A DNA stretch of 64,000 nt from an uncultured Acidobacteriota bacterium (GCA_963796275.1 CAWCKY010000003.1:416001-480000), one strand, 5' to 3'. Counted from the stretch's first letter, positions 11,931-25,031 are shown. Notes: generated from the sequence alone by a model not told the origin. Program-made: numbers and translations.

Positions 11931-13239
11931 GATCTTCTTTATCCGATGAATTCCTAGAGCTTACGACCAGAGCATAAGTGAGACAAACAGACAACACTGC
12001 CAGCAACCAGACTTGATGCGGCATGACAATACTGTTCCACCACCACGACGATTCCCAGTCGCGCGGAATATAACCGCTGCCTATCAGCTCTTTCAGAATA
12101 ACGGCCCCTGGAGCAAGAAAAGGCGTGATCAGAAAGAAAATGAGGCGCGCCGATTTTTTTTGCAGACCCGACCAGGAAATCAGACTCCAGAGTAGCGGCA
12201 GGAGGAGTAATATCGCATCGTAGAATCGGTGATAGGAGGCAAGCAATCCCAGCACGAATAACGAGCTAAAAAAAAGAAGTTCATTTTTATAAGATTTATC
12301 AGAGGCTCGTTTGCTAATGGTCGTCCACAACCAGACAAACTGTGAACCGACAAAGCCGAGTACCAGAAGGCTGACCAGCCAGCCCTGTTCGATATTGGTA
12401 TGTAACAGCCAATGTAGATTGAGCAAGTGGTGACGGCTCGCATTTGCTGCCGTCGGATCATTGCTTCTTCCCTCAGCCGCAAATTCATGATAATTGCGAA
12501 CCCAGGAATCGACCCAATCAAACTGTCCCAATTCTAAACGGCCTATTGCGATAAGAGCGAGGATCAGAGTGCCGGCGGCGGCGATTATGCATATTTTCCA
12601 GCGCCGCTGAAGTGCAAAACCAAGCCAGGCGATCCCACCTATTTGTGGTTTCATGCAAATAGCTAGAACCAGCGCAAGACCCGCAATTGATTCCTTTTTT
12701 GTCGATGCCGCCCAAACTGCCAGGAGAGCTGAAAAACCGCTGGGAACAATCAGATTTCCCAATGCAATCCCCGTATGCAACGGAGCGAGCCCTAAGGCGA
12801 TTGCCCAATAAGTGATAGTCCGCCAATCTCCCGTGTCGAATTGAGCGGTAGAAAGCAACAATCTGATAACGAGGAGCGCGAATGTAATGTTGACGATCAG
12901 CACGCTATAACGTGCCGTCTTCCATGACCAAAATGTTAAAGGCGCAAGGATAATAAGTGTGGTTGGAGGATAAACTGACGGGGTAGTCGTTTTAACGGGT
13001 TTTTTTACTTGTTCCCCCCCTGCTTCCCGCCAAATATGATCGAGAGTGTCGTGATCGTACGGATTAGCGCCTGTCCGCCATGCGCGTGCCGCGAGATATG
13101 GAACGGCTAAATCGCTCGACAAAGTCAAAGCCCTTAATGGGCCGCGAACTATAAATTCCGCCAAAGTACCCAAGAGCAGTATGAGGCAAAAAACTTTTAT
13201 TGCTCGCTTACTTCGAGTTTCTGGTTGTTGCAAGATCAA
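11911..13239 (-). CDS. GT87/DUF2029-family membrane glycosyltransferase
   Basis: SDLAVPYLAA..GANPYD, YPPTTL, LGN, KPQIG, YHRFYD; multiple TM segments. Confidence 0.75.
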   Translation of the reverse strand: MILQQPETRSKRAIKVFCLILLLGTLAEFIVRGPLRALTLSSDLAVPYLAARAWRTGANPYDHDTLDHIWREAGGEQVKKPVKTTTPSVYPPTTLIILAPLTFWSWKTARYSVLIVNITFALLVIRLLLSTAQFDTGDWRTITYWAIALGLAPLHTGIALGNLIVPSGFSALLAVWAASTKKESIAGLALVLAICMKPQIGGIAWLGFALQRRWKICIIAAAGTLILALIAIGRLELGQFDWVDSWVRNYHEFAAEGRSNDPTAANASRHHLLNLHWLLHTNIEQGWLVSLLVLGFVGSQFVWLWTTISKRASDKSYKNELLFFSSLFVLGLLASYHRFYDAILLLLPLLWSLISWSGLQKKSARLIFFLITPFLAPGAVILKELIGSGYIPRDWESSWWWNSIVMPHQVWLLAVLSVCLTYALVVSSRNSSDKEDHGQCAS

Positions 13240-13404
13240 CTCATCTCAACTTTGCCGATGGTTGAGCCCTAACTGTAATCGAAAATAATCTATATATCGA
13301 ATGTTAGGCGCCAGTCAGGTCCGAATCGGTTGTGAGTGAAACTCAATCGTCGCTATGAAGGGCTAAATTCATACCGTTTCCCAATGGGCATGGACAAAAT
13401 TCGA

Positions 13405-14799
13405 TTACTTGGTGTCTGGTTGTAATGCCGGATAGGTCAGCTCTCGGCTGCGTAAATTGGTCTGTGCGCGCTCGGTTGCTGGCACAGGCCCCCAGAGCCA
13501 TTGCGCAATTATCCCGGCGGATGGTCCCCAGAACATCAGCGAAAGCACGCTTCCGGCGGAGAACATCCAACTTTCAAAGAACGCATTTACCGTTCCCGCG
13601 ACAAATACCGCGATGAAAACCGCATTTATATTACGCTGAAGGTAGTTTCCACCTCGCCGTATCAGGGCGATCGATCTGGCGGCTATCAGGTATAAGATCA
13701 ACAATAATAATATGAACCCGGGTAATCCCAGATCTCCGAACAATTCAATATAGCTATTATGAGCGTGGCGTGCCGCATACTTATTCCCGCTAAATGGTAA
13801 GGTGAGGCGATGAGACGTCGCAAAACCATAGCCATTCAGCTTCTTTTCCCAATAAAGCGGCAAGATATTACTCCATAATTCGTAACGCCGTTCCTGATAG
13901 AACTGCGACGATAGGCCGGTAACTTCAGCTCTCTCGACCGTGTCTTTGCGGATGAACCTCGTTATTTCATGCCGGATGTCTGAGAAGAGGAGGAAACTGA
14001 GAACGAGACAAATCGCAGCGGCGGTGATTTTGAGCCGGCCCTCCATGTTGATGACGAAAAAATAGGTCGCTACCGCGATTAAACAGGCAAGCATGCCGCC
14101 GCGTGAATTTGATAGCCATAATCCGATGACCAAAACAGCAAGCAGAACGATATCCATCCACCTATCGAGCTTCCGCCTCGTCTCTACCCGCCAGTGGAAA
14201 ATGACATAGGGTATGATGAATGCCGAAAAGATGCCGAACATATTCTGATTACCGAAGGGGCCGGCGTAGCTATTCATAATCACCGATACACCGTAATTAT
14301 GGAGCCCAGCCAAATGCATCAATATTGCCGGAACCAAAACACACCAGGCGATGTAATAATGCAGCCGGAAAAATTTGATGCAGTTCACTCTCCAATAAAG
14401 GTGGCGGACAAATCCAATCAGAATCGATAGAGCGAGAAGCGCGAAACTAATGGCGCGCATGAATGAGTAATTGAAATCTTCCGCATACGAGGTCGAAATC
14501 AAAATATCAACGATCAGCAATCCGCCCAAAACACCGAAAGCGACGTCGGATTGAAAGCCTTCCGGCCGGAATGTGCGAATCGAGACCCAGAGCATCACGC
14601 CCAATGAAATCCACCGCAACATACTCAGCGGGCTGAAAACTCCTTCTGCCAGTTCATCTATCTGGTTGCCTTCGCCCTTGTTAAGCACAAAAAAGAGCAG
14701 GACCAGGAAAAACAATCCATAACCCCTGATGAAGGTTTCCTGGTAGTGGCGAGCTAACAGCCATAGTACGCAGATGATAACTATTCCACCGATAATCAT
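13405..14799 (-). CDS. O-antigen ligase/Wzy-family polymerase
   Basis: GPFGNQNMFG, SNSRGG, RYELW, HAHNSYIELFGDLGLPG; about 11 TM segments; lies inside the polysaccharide operon. Confidence 0.82.
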   Translation of the reverse strand: MIIGGIVIICVLWLLARHYQETFIRGYGLFFLVLLFFVLNKGEGNQIDELAEGVFSPLSMLRWISLGVMLWVSIRTFRPEGFQSDVAFGVLGGLLIVDILISTSYAEDFNYSFMRAISFALLALSILIGFVRHLYWRVNCIKFFRLHYYIAWCVLVPAILMHLAGLHNYGVSVIMNSYAGPFGNQNMFGIFSAFIIPYVIFHWRVETRRKLDRWMDIVLLAVLVIGLWLSNSRGGMLACLIAVATYFFVINMEGRLKITAAAICLVLSFLLFSDIRHEITRFIRKDTVERAEVTGLSSQFYQERRYELWSNILPLYWEKKLNGYGFATSHRLTLPFSGNKYAARHAHNSYIELFGDLGLPGFILLLLILYLIAARSIALIRRGGNYLQRNINAVFIAVFVAGTVNAFFESWMFSAGSVLSLMFWGPSAGIIAQWLWGPVPATERAQTNLRSRELTYPALQPDTK

Positions 14800-14943
14800 A
14801 GGTCAAACAAACTTAGATTCGTGGCGAATTAAATTGGTTAGTATCAGAGCCAGTATTAGAGCCATGGATTGATCTGAGTCCCCAACTTTCTCCTTATAAG
14901 TTCCTTCCCTCGGACTTATCGGGAACCTATAAAACGTGGCCTT

Positions 14944-16086
14944 TCAGGGATGTGACGACTCGACCGCGCGAATAATTCCCTGCGCGGCGCTATCGATCGT
15001 CCATGAATCTATTTTCAATTGTGAACACTCTTGCATCGAGCGCCGAAGCTGGCTGTCAGTTGCCAGCAATTCCATCTTCCCAGCCAGTTCATCGACGGAG
15101 AACGTTTCGAGTGCCACACCATTATCGTTACGCACCAAATCCAGGGTTGCGCCGCAATGGCGGTGGGCTATCACGGCCAGGCCGCTGGCCATCGCCTCGT
15201 TGATTACCAAACCCCAGGGCTCCTCTCTCGCCGGTAACACCATCACATCGGCCATAGCGTAGTAGAGAGGCAATCTGCACTGTTCTACGGAGCCTGCGAA
15301 GATCACCCTCGGATCGCTGCCCGCCAGCTCTTGTAATGAATCGCGTTCTATTCCGTTCCCCGCTATCACGAGCGCTATCCGATCATCCTTCAGCCGGCGG
15401 AGCGCGCGGATAATAAGATCGACATTTTTCCGTTTTATCAGGCGTCCTACGAAGAGGAAGATGATTCTGTCGGTAAGGCCAAGATTTGCGCGTAACGCTT
15501 TCGATTCTCCCCTTCGAGCTTCAATCGACAGCTTAAAGAAGTCATTGTCGACCGCGAAGCGCGTTTCATATAGCTGTTCCGGCCTCGCGCCGTAGGCTTC
15601 CCAGAACATTCGGTTCGCGATCCCGATAGTGAGGAGTGCGGCAGCCCGCTTAGTCACCTGGCCTACCCACCATCGCTTTAAAATTCTTTTGACCCGGCTC
15701 GCTCGATCGCAGTAAATATTTGAATCCCCACTTAATGCAAATGGAGTATTGGTGATTATGGACCAGAGGATCGCGGTGATTTGCGGCAACAGGGTGTAGC
15801 CGTAACAGATCAAATAGTCGGGCCGTTCGCGGAACAGCAGTCCCGCAAGCGCCAGCGCGCCAGCCCCTCTACTTCCCAGTCTCACCGCGAGCCTCGGCAT
15901 TCTTTGATCGAGGATAACCGTGCGATGCGTATTTTCGGACTCAAGTTTCTCTTCCACCCAACCGACGTTTCTATGCCAGATGGAGACGTAACAGACAGTC
16001 AGTTCCCATCCAGACTTGTGGCCTAACTTTTCGAAAAGGGCTTTTAAGTTAGGCGATGGGACGTTGTTGAGTACCAGTACGCGCAT
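14944..16086 (-). CDS. GT4 glycosyltransferase
   Basis: FVGRLIKRK and EPWGLVINEAMASG. Confidence 0.9.
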   Translation of the reverse strand: MRVLVLNNVPSPNLKALFEKLGHKSGWELTVCYVSIWHRNVGWVEEKLESENTHRTVILDQRMPRLAVRLGSRGAGALALAGLLFRERPDYLICYGYTLLPQITAILWSIITNTPFALSGDSNIYCDRASRVKRILKRWWVGQVTKRAAALLTIGIANRMFWEAYGARPEQLYETRFAVDNDFFKLSIEARRGESKALRANLGLTDRIIFLFVGRLIKRKNVDLIIRALRRLKDDRIALVIAGNGIERDSLQELAGSDPRVIFAGSVEQCRLPLYYAMADVMVLPAREEPWGLVINEAMASGLAVIAHRHCGATLDLVRNDNGVALETFSVDELAGKMELLATDSQLRRSMQECSQLKIDSWTIDSAAQGIIRAVESSHP

Positions 16087-16206
16087 GGTAACCCGTTTTT
16101 CCTGTTCAACGCAGAGTCACAGAGTGAGGACTTTTGGTGACCTCGTTCGTGTTTTTCGCTTTTTGCATAATTACCGTCAGTTCCTCCTTTATCTTCATCA
16201 TCGAGA

Positions 16207-17802
16207 TCAATCGACGGCCTGTACCTGCTGGTTATTCTCCTCAACTACATAAAACGATCCGCCGATCGTCGCATTGACAGTTACCTTACGATATTCCGGT
16301 ATGTTCACCTCTACGTTTTGACGCGGTCCCAGTGGAGAATAGGCGTAGACGAGCCACGACCGATTGGGGGCATTGCCCCGAACCAATGCCAGCGAGAAGA
16401 CGTCCAGCGGCGTCCCCAGCTCCCACGGGCGGTCGGGGTTGAGCGAGGCATCGAGCAGGAACCAGCGATCGACGTTCTGGTACTCTTTGGGGACGATCGA
16501 CTGATATTGATGTGACTGTGCTCGATTGGGTACCAGCTCGCCTCTGCGCCAGAAATCTCGCAGCGTCCGATTTTTGTGAACGCGATCGACAGCCTCTACG
16601 ATCGGTAGAAAGTATGATTCAGATTGAGCCAATGTATCGCGGTAGGCGCGGAATTCCCGCACGACTCGCGGGCGTAACAGCCACATTCCGAATTGCACCA
16701 TTCCGCCATAACGTGCCGGAGAGTATTGCTGGCCCTGGTTCTTGTAGAATTCGCGCTTGTCCAAATTACCGGGGAAATGGCCATCCCAAGTTGAAATTTC
16801 GAACCAGAATTTCGGATTGAGCCTGAGCGCCTCCCTTTGCATAAACACCCAGTTCATCGCCTCCACCTGCGGACTGTAGACCGCATAATCGGTAATGGTG
16901 CTCCAGTTGAAGACATAGAACGGAGGCGCCCCGCCATCCCAGGCGAGCGGCCAGGGATCGATCCTGCCGGAAGTATAAAGCGAATGCTCCATCCAACCAT
17001 CCCATCGGGCAAAGTGCGAAGGGCCGAAAGCGCTATACCCGATAAAGATTGCGTTATTTTTCCATGCCCGGGAGCTCAACCCCTGGCGTATTCCGTGCTG
17101 CAGCGCGCGGTATCGCTCGATCCATCCATCTCCGACGACCCTTCGTTTGAAATTATCATCGCGCGCTGTACCGAAGAGCTTAACGTAGCGGCGGTCTTCC
17201 TCGACTTTGGTCCAGTGAAGTTTCGTATGCTCATTGTTCGAAACGAACAAGACAATCGGCGGGTTTGGGTACCATTCTTGTAGCTTCTTGATCATGCGGC
17301 TCGACCCCCATTTAATTCCCGCTTCCTCCCAAGGTCCTACCGGGCCAAAGGGCGACACTTCGCGACGGACCTCGCCGCTCGCTGTTACGACATTAGGGTT
17401 ATTATCCGGGGTCAGATTGTAGTATTCATCAGTCGCGGAAAGGATGAATTCCCACTGCGTACCGACGAACGAGATCGGCAGGTTGAGCTGCGCCGCTCGC
17501 TTAATCGCGGTTTCGTAATAGTCTATCCAACGCTGATCGTCCGGGATGACAGACATGTCCGGCATATTGAACCAGGGAAGCAGATGATGCCCTCGATCGA
17601 TCATATTCATCTGGTAGGATGGACTGAAACCATCTTTTTCCTGGCCAACATTCCAGTGAGCCGCCAGTGGCAATGGATAATCGCGCGAGCCCTGGCGTAA
17701 TGCTTCAGTTCGAATACCTTCGATAACAGTGGAAGATGGTTGAATTATCGATAGGGAGGAAAGGAGGATACCGGCCATCAAGCTAAAAAGTGTTTGTTTC
17801 AT
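16207..17802 (-). CDS. Secreted hypothetical protein, possible glycoside-hydrolase-like barrel
   Basis: Long ORF; start moved to MKQTLFSL (GGAGG upstream); signal peptide; Trp/Tyr-rich; SNNE and FEISTW motifs. Confidence 0.65.
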   Translation of the reverse strand: MKQTLFSLMAGILLSSLSIIQPSSTVIEGIRTEALRQGSRDYPLPLAAHWNVGQEKDGFSPSYQMNMIDRGHHLLPWFNMPDMSVIPDDQRWIDYYETAIKRAAQLNLPISFVGTQWEFILSATDEYYNLTPDNNPNVVTASGEVRREVSPFGPVGPWEEAGIKWGSSRMIKKLQEWYPNPPIVLFVSNNEHTKLHWTKVEEDRRYVKLFGTARDDNFKRRVVGDGWIERYRALQHGIRQGLSSRAWKNNAIFIGYSAFGPSHFARWDGWMEHSLYTSGRIDPWPLAWDGGAPPFYVFNWSTITDYAVYSPQVEAMNWVFMQREALRLNPKFWFEISTWDGHFPGNLDKREFYKNQGQQYSPARYGGMVQFGMWLLRPRVVREFRAYRDTLAQSESYFLPIVEAVDRVHKNRTLRDFWRRGELVPNRAQSHQYQSIVPKEYQNVDRWFLLDASLNPDRPWELGTPLDVFSLALVRGNAPNRSWLVYAYSPLGPRQNVEVNIPEYRKVTVNATIGGSFYVVEENNQQVQAVD

Positions 17803-17826
17803 AATCAACATTTCCTCCGCAAATAG

Positions 17827-17905
17827 GTAGGCAGGAAAGTGATCCCCTGCCCAATTTGCCCAATCACCGGGCAGACGCACAGGTTGCTCACAGGTCTGCC
17901 CCTAC
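17827..17905. repeat. Degenerate GTAG-type REP doublet
   Basis: The right arm gggcagacgcacagg...caggtctgcccctac reads GTAGGGGCAGACCTG on the minus strand; the decayed left arm is gtaggcagg...cctgccc. Confidence 0.55.
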
Positions 17906-17918
17906 GTTGGAACACACC

Positions 17919-18890
17919 TTACAATTTAGCGTAAGGCGGTCCGAAAGACTCATCTAGCTTACGACCCAGTAAAATCTGCTTGTATGCTAGGGTAAGCCTC
18001 CTGCCGAATTGCAGGTATTCAATGAATCCGTTTTTATTGAAAGTCAAAACCGCGCGACATGCCAGGAGCAGCAATGAAAGGACAGCATATCCCCAGGCAT
18101 CGGCTCGTTTGCCTATCTTATGGAGGTAATAAACTGAATTGCGTTTGAGAAGAAAACTGACCTGTCCGGTCATGTGATAACCATCCTGTTTTTGCTTATG
18201 AACCACACTATCGATGGGAAGGTATTTAACGAGCCAGCCATGCCGATGGGCGCGATAATCCATATCAGCATCTTCGATGTACATGAAGATGTTCTCGTCA
18301 AACAGTCCTATTTCCCGCAGACAGGATGTCTTAATCAAAATGCAGACGCCGTTCAACACCTTCGTCTCCACGGCTTCGTCACCCGATAAAACCAGAGAGT
18401 TCTTATTTAGCCGGAATCGAATCCAGTTAACGGTGTTTCGCCAAAGGCCTGGCGGAAAGAGTACAGTATTTTGCACTTTCCCGGCCTCACGCAAAAATAC
18501 CTTCGGACCGGCAATCCCCACCTGGGAATGCGCTTCCGTATAATCTATCATCTCGTCGAGAAATCGCGGGTTGGCCAACACAGTATCGGGGTTGATTATC
18601 AAAACATACCTTGCCCCATGATCGATCGCATACTCGATTCCTCTGTTATTACCGCCGGTATAACCAAGATTGCCGCCCGTCTGTAATGTGGTTATCTCAG
18701 GAAACTCTTCCTGTAACATTTCTTCGGTTCCATCATCGGAACGATTATCCACTATAACGAGCTTGTAATTGGGGTAAGTTAAGAGGTGTAGGGATTTTAT
18801 GCAACTTCGCGCGACATCGCGCATTCTGTATGTCAAAACAATGATATAGACCAGAGGATAGTTATGCATACATACGGCGGAGGAAAGCAC
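17919..18890 (-). CDS. GT2 glycosyltransferase (rhamnosyltransferase-like)
   Basis: VDNRSDD, NLGYTGGNNRG, INPDT, FMYIEDAD; the start may be MHNYPLV a few codons in. Confidence 0.88.
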   Translation of the reverse strand: MLSSAVCMHNYPLVYIIVLTYRMRDVARSCIKSLHLLTYPNYKLVIVDNRSDDGTEEMLQEEFPEITTLQTGGNLGYTGGNNRGIEYAIDHGARYVLIINPDTVLANPRFLDEMIDYTEAHSQVGIAGPKVFLREAGKVQNTVLFPPGLWRNTVNWIRFRLNKNSLVLSGDEAVETKVLNGVCILIKTSCLREIGLFDENIFMYIEDADMDYRAHRHGWLVKYLPIDSVVHKQKQDGYHMTGQVSFLLKRNSVYYLHKIGKRADAWGYAVLSLLLLACRAVLTFNKNGFIEYLQFGRRLTLAYKQILLGRKLDESFGPPYAKL

Positions 18891-18958
18891 ATAGGATAAC
18901 GAGGCGAATAATCGAATACTGTACCAAATACATTTTGGTTATCATCGATATTCTGATT

Positions 18959-19150
18959 GGCTCCGGAGGAGCCCGATGTCTATAACATTTGATTGCCCAA
19001 GTCACACAAGCTCCGGACGAGCGACATATAGGCACACGTATATCGCTCCTCCGGAGCTTGTGTGATGTGGGAGAACGAATTCTATAAACATCCCGCGCCT
19101 CTGGCGCTCAGTACCCATAACGTTGATTCAATAACCTTTTATTAGCATAC
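18959..19150. mobile_element. REPIN/MITE-like element (copy 2)
   Basis: Inner IR tcacacaagctccggacgagcga/tcgctcctccggagcttgtgtga. It shares ctataaaca(t)tcccgcgcctctggcgctcag and the tgattc..cttt.att.gca tail with 9398-9630. Confidence 0.72.
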
Positions 19151-19212
19151 ATTTCAATTAATCCAAAAAATCGATGGTCGCGCAGCTCAGCGCCGGAATA
19201 GGTCGAAGACGT

Positions 19213-20142
19213 TTACTTCTTTAGCGATTTGTGCCCATTGTGCGCTTTATGCGGTGTATTTCCCATACCCAACAGCGCTCTGGGCACGACTATCAACAAC
19301 GCTCCCACAGCTTCTATTACTCCGAAGGATGCGAGTTTTAATGCTGCAACCGGCCTGTGAGGTATCCATTTAGAGGCGGCCTTCATTTTGGAGTAAGGCA
19401 ATGCAATTACGGATAACGCGGCAACTCGTAATCCCGGATATTTAACCGGATATTTTTCCCAAGCCAGATAGCCGTATCGATAGCCCATCATCAGCACGTA
19501 CTCCCAGTGTCTGAGCTTTTTTAGCACGGTTCGTAAGGTCAGTTTTCGTTGTGGGTGAATCACGATAGCTTCCGGTTGCCATACGATCGGTCCGAGCTTT
19601 CGAACCCTCGCCGCCAGCTCTGTGTCTTCATAAGCCGGGTAAAGGAAAGTTTCATCGAATCCGCCGACCTTGAGCAGAACTTCTCGCAGATAGGCGCAGT
19701 TACAGGTCAGATAGACGCCGCCGGTTTTGTTGGTTGGGCCTTCGCCAAGCGGATCGAACTCGCCTTCATTGTCGGCATATACCTGGCCTTCAATCGCCAC
19801 GGCATCGGGATTGTCATTAAACCCCTGAGCAAGCTTTCGCAGCCAGGATCGATGAGGCAGGGTATCGCTGTCGGTCATTGCCACAATACGGCCGCTCGCG
19901 TGTCTGATGCACATGTTTCGCGCCGCCGCCGGGCCTCTCTGCTCTTGTCGAAAATATTGGATATTGACTCCGGATTGCCGCACTTCTTCGATAACCGGTA
20001 TCACGTCTTCATCAGATCCATCGTCACATACGATCACTTCGAATTCATCCCTGGAAAACTCCTGCGCAGCGATAGCCAACAGGCATCGGCGCAAATCTTC
20101 GCGCCGGTTGTGGACCGGTATAATGACGGAGAATTCGACCAA
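19213..20142 (-). CDS. GT2 glycosyltransferase
   Basis: SVIIPVHNR, CDDGSD, GPAAARN, TDSD, GGFDETF..YEDTEL. Confidence 0.9.
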   Translation of the reverse strand: MVEFSVIIPVHNRREDLRRCLLAIAAQEFSRDEFEVIVCDDGSDEDVIPVIEEVRQSGVNIQYFRQEQRGPAAARNMCIRHASGRIVAMTDSDTLPHRSWLRKLAQGFNDNPDAVAIEGQVYADNEGEFDPLGEGPTNKTGGVYLTCNCAYLREVLLKVGGFDETFLYPAYEDTELAARVRKLGPIVWQPEAIVIHPQRKLTLRTVLKKLRHWEYVLMMGYRYGYLAWEKYPVKYPGLRVAALSVIALPYSKMKAASKWIPHRPVAALKLASFGVIEAVGALLIVVPRALLGMGNTPHKAHNGHKSLKK

Positions 20143-20145
20143 TTT

Positions 20146-21063
20146 TCATGCCATCAGCTCCTTGCGCAGATCTGCTCTCTCCCGGCGCCATTTGTCCAGC
20201 AATTTGTCGCCGTTGGCGATCACATCCAACTGAATGCTCAATAAATCGCGCGCGCGCGCGAAATCGAAATCCACTAATATCTCTTTGCCTTTCGTCTTCA
20301 ATGTGCCGAGATAGGACAACAAGTTTCCGGGCAGGGATCTTCGAGGGTCGGTCAGGTTATAGATAAATTGGCTGCGATCACAACGATAATTCCTTTCCCG
20401 CTCGAGCTTTCGGTTCTCCCGCCAGCTTCCCCCACGAAAATGATGAATCCTGCTCCGCGGAACGAGTGCTACTGAGAAGCCGTGATAAGAAGCGCGGCGG
20501 CAAAAATCTATCTCTTCGTAGAAGGCGAAGTAGATCGGATCGAGCAGGCCGATCTTCTCCAATACTTGACGCTTTATGGCAAAGCAAGCGCCTTCGACCC
20601 ATCCGACTGGTATCCATAGCCGGGTCGGATCCTTCAACTCGTCGATATTCTCGCGCATTGCGTCCAAGGTCCAACTATTGAATTCGTCGTCATCATAATT
20701 GAGCTGTACAGAGCCGAGGATCCCGATCCGTTCATCATTCTCTCCTACTCTGATGAGCTCCTTGAGCCAATGCGGTGTTACCTTAGTGTCCTGATTAAGT
20801 AGCACTACGTAATCGGCTCCGGCGGAGAGCGCGGCTCTGATGCCGATATTGTTACCCTCTGAGAAGCCATTGTTCTGGTTGTTGAGAATCACCGTTATCT
20901 GAGGATATTGATAGCGCACCAGTTCTATACTCTTATCGACTGAAGAATTATCTACCAGTATTATCTCAAGATTCGGGTATTCGGTGGCCAATACAGACGA
21001 GATGCAAGGTTCGAGCCAGCGGCCGCCATTGTAACTGAGGATAATGATATATACGGACGGCAT
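20146..21063 (-). CDS. GT2 glycosyltransferase (rhamnosyltransferase-like)
   Basis: VDNSSVD, NNGFSEGNNIG, LLNQDT, FAFYEEIDFC. Confidence 0.9.
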   Translation of the reverse strand: MPSVYIIILSYNGGRWLEPCISSVLATEYPNLEIILVDNSSVDKSIELVRYQYPQITVILNNQNNGFSEGNNIGIRAALSAGADYVVLLNQDTKVTPHWLKELIRVGENDERIGILGSVQLNYDDDEFNSWTLDAMRENIDELKDPTRLWIPVGWVEGACFAIKRQVLEKIGLLDPIYFAFYEEIDFCRRASYHGFSVALVPRSRIHHFRGGSWRENRKLERERNYRCDRSQFIYNLTDPRRSLPGNLLSYLGTLKTKGKEILVDFDFARARDLLSIQLDVIANGDKLLDKWRRERADLRKELMA

Positions 21064-21089
21064 AAATAATTATAGTAGGGGTTGGGGCG

Positions 21090-22280
21090 CTAAATTATCC
21101 ACCGCGCACCCTCACCGAATTCCGCGTCTCTGCGGTCAATCGTGTCGGTTCGCTGAATAATCTTGGAATCACTGAAATCTTGGTTTACACGCGATTCCGA
21201 TTCACGATGGTTTAAGAGCAAACTCTCTAGCGAGTCGACCGCCCGCTTCCATGTGTACTTTTGTATATGCCGGTTTCCAGCCTCGGCGATTCTTACTCGC
21301 AGGCGATCATCACGCACCGCTCGCAGAAGTTGTTCCGCCAGCATGGCCGGTTGTTTGATCGGAGCCAGGAGCGCTGACTCTTCGTCATCCGCAAAATCTA
21401 GTACCCCTTGATTTGCTGCGGCTACCAGCGCGCATCCGCAACTCATCGCCTCTGCTGACGGGAGCCCCCAGCCTTCGGTCCAACTCGGGTGGAGAAAGAT
21501 TGAACAAGAATTATAAAGCGCCGGCAACTCATTCGTTGAAGGCTGTTGCACGTATGTGATCCAATCGGGCACATTCGGCGGGCGCCGATGCGTCCCAAAT
21601 AACACAGCCTCCAGTTCCGGAACCTGTTTCCGGACGCTTTCCAGAGCGGCCAATCCGTCTGGCGTCCCCTTCCAATCGGACGGATGAGTCATCATTCCGA
21701 CTCGGTGAGCAGGACGGTCGCATATCGGCGTCGTCAGTTTAAAGTGGGTGAAATCTATTCCGTTTGGAATATGGGTGGTCCGCTCTCCCTCTCCCATCCC
21801 TTCTGCCAGATTCAAAAGCCAGTGAGCGATTACGATTTTATGTAATGGTAGCATCCATGTACGGTTCACCTCATCTACCGCTCCGTCCCAGACTTCGTGA
21901 TGTTGAATCAGATAATATTTACGCCCTTTGCTTACCGCATAACCACTGACCCAGAATGCCGTCTGGTAACCGGTGGCGAAAATAACATCCCCGTCCGGGA
22001 TGAAACCTTCGCGAAGGTCTCGGACTAACAGCATCCTCACGTCATCGCGGATCTGGAACCAGGGAGCCGTCTTGCCATCTCGCCATTTGATTTTATAGGG
22101 CCATAAGTGACTTTTTATTGTCTGCATCAACCCAGTCTGTGGCGATACATTTCGCGGATGCACTACCGTCACGCGATGTCCGCGCGCCTGCAGGTGGTTC
22201 GCATACTCATAAACCACCTTGAATCCGCCAGCGGGAGCGCTCAAATATCGAGGTAAGACTAAAGTGATCTCCATCGTCAT
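21090..22280 (-). CDS. GT4 glycosyltransferase
   Basis: GGFKVVYEYAN and EGWGLPSAEAMSCG; start moved to MTMEITLV. Confidence 0.86.
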   Translation of the reverse strand: MTMEITLVLPRYLSAPAGGFKVVYEYANHLQARGHRVTVVHPRNVSPQTGLMQTIKSHLWPYKIKWRDGKTAPWFQIRDDVRMLLVRDLREGFIPDGDVIFATGYQTAFWVSGYAVSKGRKYYLIQHHEVWDGAVDEVNRTWMLPLHKIVIAHWLLNLAEGMGEGERTTHIPNGIDFTHFKLTTPICDRPAHRVGMMTHPSDWKGTPDGLAALESVRKQVPELEAVLFGTHRRPPNVPDWITYVQQPSTNELPALYNSCSIFLHPSWTEGWGLPSAEAMSCGCALVAAANQGVLDFADDEESALLAPIKQPAMLAEQLLRAVRDDRLRVRIAEAGNRHIQKYTWKRAVDSLESLLLNHRESESRVNQDFSDSKIIQRTDTIDRRDAEFGEGARWII

Positions 22281-22605
22281 GACCTGGCGAAATGTGGATG
22301 ATCGAATGCTATTTAGAGTTCGTATTTCCGGCACCGGATAGATTAATTGCTGAATACACTGGACTAAACTTGTGCGTTGGGCTTCAAAAGTGGTTCCAGC
22401 CAGATTCCAACATCCACATAGAGTTAAGATTTCATCGCATCGATACACCTTACCCAGTAACTTCAAACCATAAAGGAAACCTCGTGTCGAGGCAGCATCA
22501 AATTTACTAGTTGGGAGCCGGCAGCCGACAGCCGGCCCGCATTCACGTCTGGCGATTAGCGATCGGCATTCACCTTCCGGCTAAAACTACACTACCGTCA
22601 ACCGG

Positions 22606-24927
<2,322 letters not shown>

Positions 24928-25031
24928 TATTGTCGACCTTGAATGGATTAACCCCTCGAACTGCATCGAGCGCAGGGAACCCCCAACCGGAGCGCATCCC
25001 GTGCATTTCGCCTGCACCCGCCCGCGTTACA

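Noticed and set aside
22578-22602. ops/JUMPstart-like gacggtagtgt downstream of wzc on the minus strand
   Set aside because: Mismatch to GGCGGTAG, embedded in heptamer repeats, and no RfaH-like gene in the window.
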